Translations under genes and position numbers: made by a program
Origin: Bdellovibrionales bacterium
Lineage (GTDB): Bacteria > Bdellovibrionota > UBA1018 > CAIMNF01
Direction: 5' to 3'
Assembly (NCBI GenBank): GCA_040380025.1
Contig: JBEIJY010000013.1
Coordinates: 1 to 58,014 of the forward strand
Length of the DNA stretch: 58,014 bases
Shown here: positions 52,650 to 58,014 of the stretch, one piece after another
Numbering within the stretch: the first letter of the stretch is position 1
Layout: each line of letters opens with the position of its first letter
Notes under the pieces: model-generated
The model's database searches: none
Told to the model about the DNA's origin: nothing
Seen by the model: only the letters and a program-made list of their open reading frames with translations

Positions 52650-53321
52650 TCACTGCGACTTCATGTGCTGTTCGAACTCCTTCTGGAGGTCAACCAGCTT
52701 GTTCTCGACCTTCGCCTTCAGTCCCGCATCCTCTTTGAAGCGGATGGTCTGGGCCCGGGTGATCAGGTCGTCCACTTGTTTCTTGGATACCTTTGCCAGC
52801 ACCCAGCAATGATAAATCGACTTCGCTCCACCGGTGCTCGAATAATCGCGTTGTTCCCAATACTGGCGGTGTTTCTCGACTCCGCTCACGAGGGTCTTCG
52901 AGAGCTGCGAAGAGAGTCTTGAAGTCTCGGTCTGCGATGCGGACACGGCGGTCGATCCGCCCGTATCGGCCCCGGTGGACTCGGACGAAGCGCGCGCCAT
53001 CGCCGAATTCACGAAGGTGCTCACTTGTTTTGCGATGTCATCCATCGCATCCGCATGGGCCCGCTCGCAGGTCATGCGCTTGTCGGCCCCTTGGGCCTCG
53101 CCGGAATAATAATAAAATTTCTCAGTATCGAGCCCTTCGTTCTTGGCCCACGAGTTCGGCTGATCGAGCCATTCCTCGCGACCGCCCGGGGCCGCGTCCG
53201 TCACCTTGAAGGTGGGCGCCTCGACCTCGACCTTGCGGACGGGTGCGCCGCCGCAGGCTCCGAGAATCACTCCCGCTCCCAGTAAAAATCCGATGTTTCT
53301 TGCGATTTTCATCTTCCTCAT
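52650..53321 (-). CDS. LPP20-like lipoprotein
   Basis: Lipobox LGAC, A...A...IAKQVSTFV pattern, YWE. Confidence 0.65.
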   Translation of the reverse strand: MRKMKIARNIGFLLGAGVILGACGGAPVRKVEVEAPTFKVTDAAPGGREEWLDQPNSWAKNEGLDTEKFYYYSGEAQGADKRMTCERAHADAMDDIAKQVSTFVNSAMARASSESTGADTGGSTAVSASQTETSRLSSQLSKTLVSGVEKHRQYWEQRDYSSTGGAKSIYHCWVLAKVSKKQVDDLITRAQTIRFKEDAGLKAKVENKLVDLQKEFEQHMKSQ

Positions 53322-54325
53322 TCCTTTCTTTCGTTGATCCGGCCCCAAACCTTCTCGCACAAATCACGGGAGAGCCCCGGCACGGCCTCTTGCAGAACCG
53401 CCTCGCGGCTCCTTCCGTTCGCCGTTCTCTCGGCGGAGGCCACGGAATGCGCGCCCTTCGGGTCGGTGAGCCGCGCGGTCACCAGCAACCGGAGCTTCAC
53501 CCAGCCCTCGACCTTGAAGTGCTGGGGCTCCTCGACCGAAGAAATCTCGAGCCGGATGGCCCCCTCGGGAGGCTGATCGCCGGAGTGGACCCGCGCGCCG
53601 CGATCTTGCAAACATTGCTCGAGATCAAGCGCATAGCGTTCCTCGCCCTTCAGGGTTTTCAGAGCGAACAGGAGCTTTTCGTTCTTCGCACGGAGGGCGG
53701 TCTCGATCGAGAGAAGCCTCGCATCGAGCGAAGAGGCGTCGATCAGGGCACCCATGCCCATCACCGAGGCCTCGCCCGCAAGCAAGCGGAGATCCTGAAG
53801 ATCGGAGCGAATCTCGTTCCATTTTTCGGTGAGGAACCGGGACTCGAGCGCATCAAGACCCGCGTTGATCCGCGCCTGAAGCCGGGTTGCCTCGAGCATG
53901 AGACCCGAACGGGCCGCGAGCTTGTCGACCACCACGAGGGCGTAGGTGTCGGAACCCACCTTCTGGACTTCCTTCACCTCGGCGCCTCGAAGTCTTGCGT
54001 TGGCCTCAAGGCTCACTTCTTTTTGAACCGCCTGCCGGGCGGACCCCGAGCTGGAACCTGCCGTGGTCTGATCGAGCGCCGACTCGGCGCTCACCCGGGT
54101 CGAGCTTTTGATTTGAAGCAAGAACGATTCCGCCATCTGTTTTTTTGCATCGCGAATGGCTTCGTCACGATTGGCCCCGATCCCGACCGCAGAGAGATAG
54201 CGTTGCTCGGGGTACGAATCGCCGGGCCGGGAAGCCCAGGAGGGAATCGACGGACTTTTGGCTTCTGGCGAGGAAGAGCACGCCGCTGCCACAAGCAAAG
54301 CAAGAAACACTACGGAGTTCTTCAT
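53318..54325 (-). CDS. LPP20-family lipoprotein
   Basis: Lipobox AAAC, PSW...YLSAVGIG...AKKQMA. Confidence 0.75.
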   Translation of the reverse strand: MKNSVVFLALLVAAACSSSPEAKSPSIPSWASRPGDSYPEQRYLSAVGIGANRDEAIRDAKKQMAESFLLQIKSSTRVSAESALDQTTAGSSSGSARQAVQKEVSLEANARLRGAEVKEVQKVGSDTYALVVVDKLAARSGLMLEATRLQARINAGLDALESRFLTEKWNEIRSDLQDLRLLAGEASVMGMGALIDASSLDARLLSIETALRAKNEKLLFALKTLKGEERYALDLEQCLQDRGARVHSGDQPPEGAIRLEISSVEEPQHFKVEGWVKLRLLVTARLTDPKGAHSVASAERTANGRSREAVLQEAVPGLSRDLCEKVWGRINERKE

Positions 54326-54424
54326 GCCATTCATTGTATGCAAAAAGGCGGCCCCGCACCATAAAAAACTCTTTTCACGGGGGCGTCTTTGATTTACTGT
54401 GAGGCCCTTCAATCCTTTGTGTGT

Positions 54425-54500
54425 GGGGATGTAGCTCAGTTGGTAGAGCGCTTCCATGGCATGGAAGAGGTCCTCGGTTCGAATCCGTGCATCTCCACCA
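54425..54500 (+). tRNA. tRNA-Ala(GGC)
   Basis: GGGGATG/CATCTCC acceptor with G3:U70, CTTCC-ATGGCAT-GGAAG, CCA end. Confidence 0.95.
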
Positions 54501-54595
54501 ATATCAACGACCTAAAACCAACGCGTAACCCAACACGCAAATCAACGCCCCGTGCCTTTTCGAGCACGGCCTGTTCGCGATATCACTCCGTGCGC

Positions 54596-55672
54596 ATGGG
54601 AAGCGTCCTCTCGTTCCGCCCCCAGATCGAAAAACTGACCGGCCCCTTCAGCGCCCACCATTCCGAAGCCGAGTTATTTGGCTCGTTGCTGGCCGAATTG
54701 ATCGTGGGAATCTCGGGTTATCGCGAGGAGGGCGTGAAAAACGTGCCTCTTCTTTTTTTGGGTCCCGACCTGAAAGAGATTCTGATCCACCTGCGCGGGA
54801 ATGATCCGGTCGAGATCGGATCCGGCACCCTCGGAGGAACGCTTTCGCGGACGATCCTGAAGACCTGCGGTCCGCTCGCGCAGAATCACGAATGGGCGAT
54901 TTATGTTGCGACCAAAAACCACGAAGTGCACTACGGGCTCTTCCGGACGGATCGCTTTCCGCTTCATGAGTCGACCTTTCAGCGCCTGCGGGGGCTTGCG
55001 CTCGAACGACCGGTGATCATCGGGCTTCAGCGGATCGGCGAGGCACTGGTCGAGATCCGGAGCTCGTCCGGAAGGTTCCACTACATCGACTTTTCGGGGC
55101 TTCTGGAGATCTCGCAAAATCCGGCGCATCTGGTTCTGCATTGGGTGGCGGCCCTGACCGAGGACGTTCCGCCGAACCTAAAACTGAAGGTGGAATCGTT
55201 CTACCACCGGATCGCCGTCGAGATGCTGGCGGCTCCCCACGGCACGCTTGCCGCCGTCCTGCGGGCCGGGGACCCGTATCCGGCGCTTTTGTCGGACGGG
55301 GTGATTTTGAACCGGAGCTTCGGGCTTTCGGAGGCGATCCGCCGCTATGTGAAAAAAAGGGATGAGGCGACCGCGCTGTCGCTAGGATCGTATGCGAGTC
55401 TCATCAAAAAAATGCTCGGCATGGACGGGATCACCGTCTTCAATTCGTCAGGAGATGTGCTCGCGTACAATTGCTTCGTGAGAAATCTTCATCCGTACAA
55501 CCCGAAAGAAGTGATCCTGGGCGGGGCGCGGAAGCGCGCATTCGAGATCATGAGCAAGCGGATCGGCCACGAGCTGACCTGCACGCTTTATCAGTCGCAG
55601 GATGGCTACGGACAGTGCCGCGTGATCCCGGCGCTTCAGCGAAAAATGCCAGGAAAGAGCAACGGCGGATAA
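54596..55672 (+). CDS. Protein with divergent DisA_N/diadenylate-cyclase-like C-terminal domain
   Basis: PHGTLAAV, MDGITVF, GGARKRAF, SQDG in the order of DAC motifs. Confidence 0.6.
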   Translation: MGSVLSFRPQIEKLTGPFSAHHSEAELFGSLLAELIVGISGYREEGVKNVPLLFLGPDLKEILIHLRGNDPVEIGSGTLGGTLSRTILKTCGPLAQNHEWAIYVATKNHEVHYGLFRTDRFPLHESTFQRLRGLALERPVIIGLQRIGEALVEIRSSSGRFHYIDFSGLLEISQNPAHLVLHWVAALTEDVPPNLKLKVESFYHRIAVEMLAAPHGTLAAVLRAGDPYPALLSDGVILNRSFGLSEAIRRYVKKRDEATALSLGSYASLIKKMLGMDGITVFNSSGDVLAYNCFVRNLHPYNPKEVILGGARKRAFEIMSKRIGHELTCTLYQSQDGYGQCRVIPALQRKMPGKSNGG

Positions 55673-55677
55673 AGTCG

Positions 55678-55881
55678 AAAACCGCCGTATTTGATTGTGC
55701 TTGATGGCGGGGCGGGCTCGGCCGAGGGAGGGTGGAATGATTTGGTTTTTCCCGACTCTCGCGAGCGCGTGACGCGCGAAAGCGAGGCCGCAGGACGCGG
55801 CTCGGAGGGAAAAACCAAATCATTCCACCCTCCCTCGGCCGAGCCCGCTCCCCGCAAACGAACATTCAAATGGGCAGATTG
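55678..55881. repeat. Full-length palindromic REPIN/MITE-like element
   Basis: Perfect 42-bp inverted repeat (55712-55753 / 55807-55848) around a structured core; termini resemble the IR at 35202-35285. Confidence 0.88.
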
Positions 55882-55910
55882 CTCCCCACGACCGCGCTTG
55901 CGGTTTCGTA

Positions 55911-56849
55911 TTAGTTTTCGGCGGAATCCTCGGCGGGATCTTCATCGGGGAACTCCTCGATCATCGCATCGCGAATCTGCTCGAGCTCGCGCAGTCGCTT
56001 CCGGATTCGAAGCTGGACCCCGAGACTCTGTACGAAGGGCAAAAGCCGCTCGGCCAGGCGCTCGTCCTTCACGACCAGGAACTGCGGAAGCCGTTTTTGT
56101 TGCTCGATCGAGCCCAGCATGGCCTCGGCGACCTCCTGCTCGGGACTGGCATGCGCCTCGAGGGTCACCAGTCCCAGAAGCCCTGTTCCTCGTTCGGCAA
56201 CCGCCGCACACTGGACAAACACCTCGTCATTCCCCTGAAACCGCGTCGCCGGAAGAAAAAACGGAGCCGCCTCCCACACCCCGTCGCGGGGAAGATTCGC
56301 GGCGTGAATCCGGCTCAGGCGCGCGCCGGCAATCTGGATCGGATCGAACTTCTGGAACTGCTCCTCGGGGAACTCCCGCACTTCGGCCCGCCAGGTGCCG
56401 GCGACCTTCCAGAGGTGATAGCACTCGTCTTCGGACTCGCCGAGAACGGGAAGCTCATCTTGATCGAGTTTTTTCACGAGGTAATTGACGGCATCGAGCA
56501 CCTCGAAGAGGAATTGTTTTTCGTCGACGCGCGGAGGGGCGGGCGGAAACCCGGGCCTGCACGAAACATACGATTCGACCTGCTCCTCGACGATGTCGAG
56601 CCGAATTCCATCTGTGGTCGCAAAATCAAGGCCGAACTCGGGAATCCATTCGCCTGCCCGGTACTGCAAAAACCGGTTTGCCGAATCCGCACCCCGAAGG
56701 ATCAGCATCTTGAAATCGACCTCCTGATCTTCTCCGAACATCACGCAGGTGCTCCCGCGCGAGGTTTCGACCCAAATGCCGGTCCATTCGTCAAACCGGG
56801 TCCAGGGGGCGCACTGATGGAATTGGTCCAAAATCTGATCGGGATTCAT
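55911..56849 (-). CDS. Hypothetical protein
   Basis: 312-aa acidic ORF, -10-like TAGGCT 6 nt before ATG. Confidence 0.7.
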   Translation of the reverse strand: MNPDQILDQFHQCAPWTRFDEWTGIWVETSRGSTCVMFGEDQEVDFKMLILRGADSANRFLQYRAGEWIPEFGLDFATTDGIRLDIVEEQVESYVSCRPGFPPAPPRVDEKQFLFEVLDAVNYLVKKLDQDELPVLGESEDECYHLWKVAGTWRAEVREFPEEQFQKFDPIQIAGARLSRIHAANLPRDGVWEAAPFFLPATRFQGNDEVFVQCAAVAERGTGLLGLVTLEAHASPEQEVAEAMLGSIEQQKRLPQFLVVKDERLAERLLPFVQSLGVQLRIRKRLRELEQIRDAMIEEFPDEDPAEDSAEN

Positions 56850-56908
56850 GCCATGAGCCTAACGGAAGCGGGGTGGACTGAGAAGAAGGTTTTCCGGTAA
56901 GATGAGCC

Positions 56909-57508
56909 ATGTTCAAAATTCCTGTGCCGGTTCTCATTCTCCAACACCCGAAGGAGCCCTCGCGCGCGGATGCCGAGGTGAGCTCGGCCGCGCTGATCCG
57001 CGACCACATCGCACCCTCGTTCATCAAGACCGGACTTTCGTGGCGAAATCTCGGCCATGCCTTGAAAGGCTGGGACGAAATCGAGAATGTCGAGGAACTG
57101 CAAAAGCCCGGGCTCTGGCACACGCTGTATCTTGGCACGAAGCAAGACTCCCGATCGGGAGGCGCCGCGGAGCCCGGAATTTACTATTTGAACCGAAAAG
57201 GCGAACCCGTGGACCCGCCTGAGAATCCCGAGATCGGGGGCCTGATCCTGCTCGATGGAACTTGGGCGCAAGCGAAAACCCTGTGGTGGCGGAATGGCTG
57301 GCTCACCAAAACAAAGCGCATTCACATTGTGCCGAAATCAAAGTCCCTGTACGGCGGAATCCGGAAAGAACCGCGCCCCGAATGCGTCTCGACCGTCGAA
57401 GCCCTGGCGGAGACGCTCGATTTTTTGAACTTGGATGCGTCGATCGGGACTCACCTTCGGACGGAATTCCAGAAGGCGCTCGATCAGTTCCAGAAAAAAC
57501 GGAATTAG
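56909..57508 (+). CDS. DTW-domain tRNA-uridine aminocarboxypropyltransferase-like protein
   Basis: ILQHPKE, LLDGTWAQAK, IRKEP...STVEA. Confidence 0.85.
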   Translation: MFKIPVPVLILQHPKEPSRADAEVSSAALIRDHIAPSFIKTGLSWRNLGHALKGWDEIENVEELQKPGLWHTLYLGTKQDSRSGGAAEPGIYYLNRKGEPVDPPENPEIGGLILLDGTWAQAKTLWWRNGWLTKTKRIHIVPKSKSLYGGIRKEPRPECVSTVEALAETLDFLNLDASIGTHLRTEFQKALDQFQKKRN

Positions 57509-57517
57509 CGACGACGT

Positions 57518-57829
57518 TTAACGACGGCCCTTGCCGCCCCCTTGTTGCATCTTCGAGAGCATCTCCATCGCGGCCTTCATTTGTGCCTGCATTTGCGGCT
57601 GGTTCATCTGACCCATCATGGCGGCCAGATTCGGAGGCATTCCGGCTTTTCCGCCGCGGCCGCTCATCATGTTCTGCATTTGCGACATGGCCTCGTTCAT
57701 GTTCTTCGCGCCCGGGAAGGCCATCTTCATCATCTGTTCGGAGGCTTTTTTGAGCTTCAAGAAAACGAACACATTCACGGCCGTAAGAATCGCAACGAAA
57801 ATCCAGGAAATCACTACCCAAGTGGTCAT
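57518..57829 (-). CDS. Small single-TM Met/Gln-rich protein
   Basis: N-terminal TM followed by Met-rich tail. Confidence 0.65.
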   Translation of the reverse strand: MTTWVVISWIFVAILTAVNVFVFLKLKKASEQMMKMAFPGAKNMNEAMSQMQNMMSGRGGKAGMPPNLAAMMGQMNQPQMQAQMKAAMEMLSKMQQGGGKGRR

Positions 57830-57840
57830 GGGCTGAAACC

Positions 57841-58014
57841 CTAGCGGAGATCGAGCTGATTCGCAAGGGCCGTGACCCGCGCGTATTCCTCGATCATGGA
57901 CTGCCGCACGCGTTCGGTGAAGGGCGCCAAATCAGAAAAGTTGAGCTCTTTTGTAGAAATCGGCGGAAGCACACTGATCACGACATTTCCGCCCCGGAGC
58001 TGGAAGCTCTCCCA
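57841..58014 (-). CDS. C-terminal end of probable lysophospholipid acyltransferase (PlsC-like), 5' part outside window
   Basis: Hand translation WESFQLRGGNVVISVLPPISTKELNFSDLAPFTERVRQSMIEE...* resembles the PlsC C-terminus. Confidence 0.55.
   Translation of the reverse strand, partial: WESFQLRGGNVVISVLPPISTKELNFSDLAPFTERVRQSMIEEYARVTALANQLDLR

Noticed and set aside
54501..54570. A/C-rich CAACG-type imperfect repeats and small hairpin after tRNA-Ala
   Set aside because: Too short and degenerate; likely tRNA trailer/terminator

Overview
GC-rich bacterial chromosomal segment; gene content and protein families suggest Bdellovibrionota/Oligoflexia (inference). It is mostly housekeeping: tex, gltX, ribE-ribBA-ribH, lolC/E, fadJ, waaA, recJ, tgt-yajC-secD-secF, queE, mltA, purA, cysK, eno-ftsB, and four tRNAs (Leu-GAG, Val-GAC, Met-CAT, Ala-GGC). 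The most notable non-housekeeping signals are: (1) a family of palindromic REPIN/MITE-like repeats (1-122, 35202-35285, 55678-55881) sharing a CAAACTGCCCCCTTTGA-type terminus, one copy directly downstream of an apparently catalytically dead Y1/RAYT-like HUH transposase; (2) a c-di-GMP-I aptamer at the tip of a long nested stem and followed by its own terminator, suggesting a stand-alone aptamer RNA; (3) a pterin locus with two Cys-less PTPS/QueD paralogues, a sepiapterin-reductase-like SDR and an NMT1/THI5-type ABC importer; (4) a divergent DisA_N/diadenylate-cyclase-like gene after tRNA-Ala; (5) a BacA/UppP-like protein lacking its catalytic residues; (6) many genes with a leaderless-mRNA signature. 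All calls come from reading the sequence; no database searches were run.
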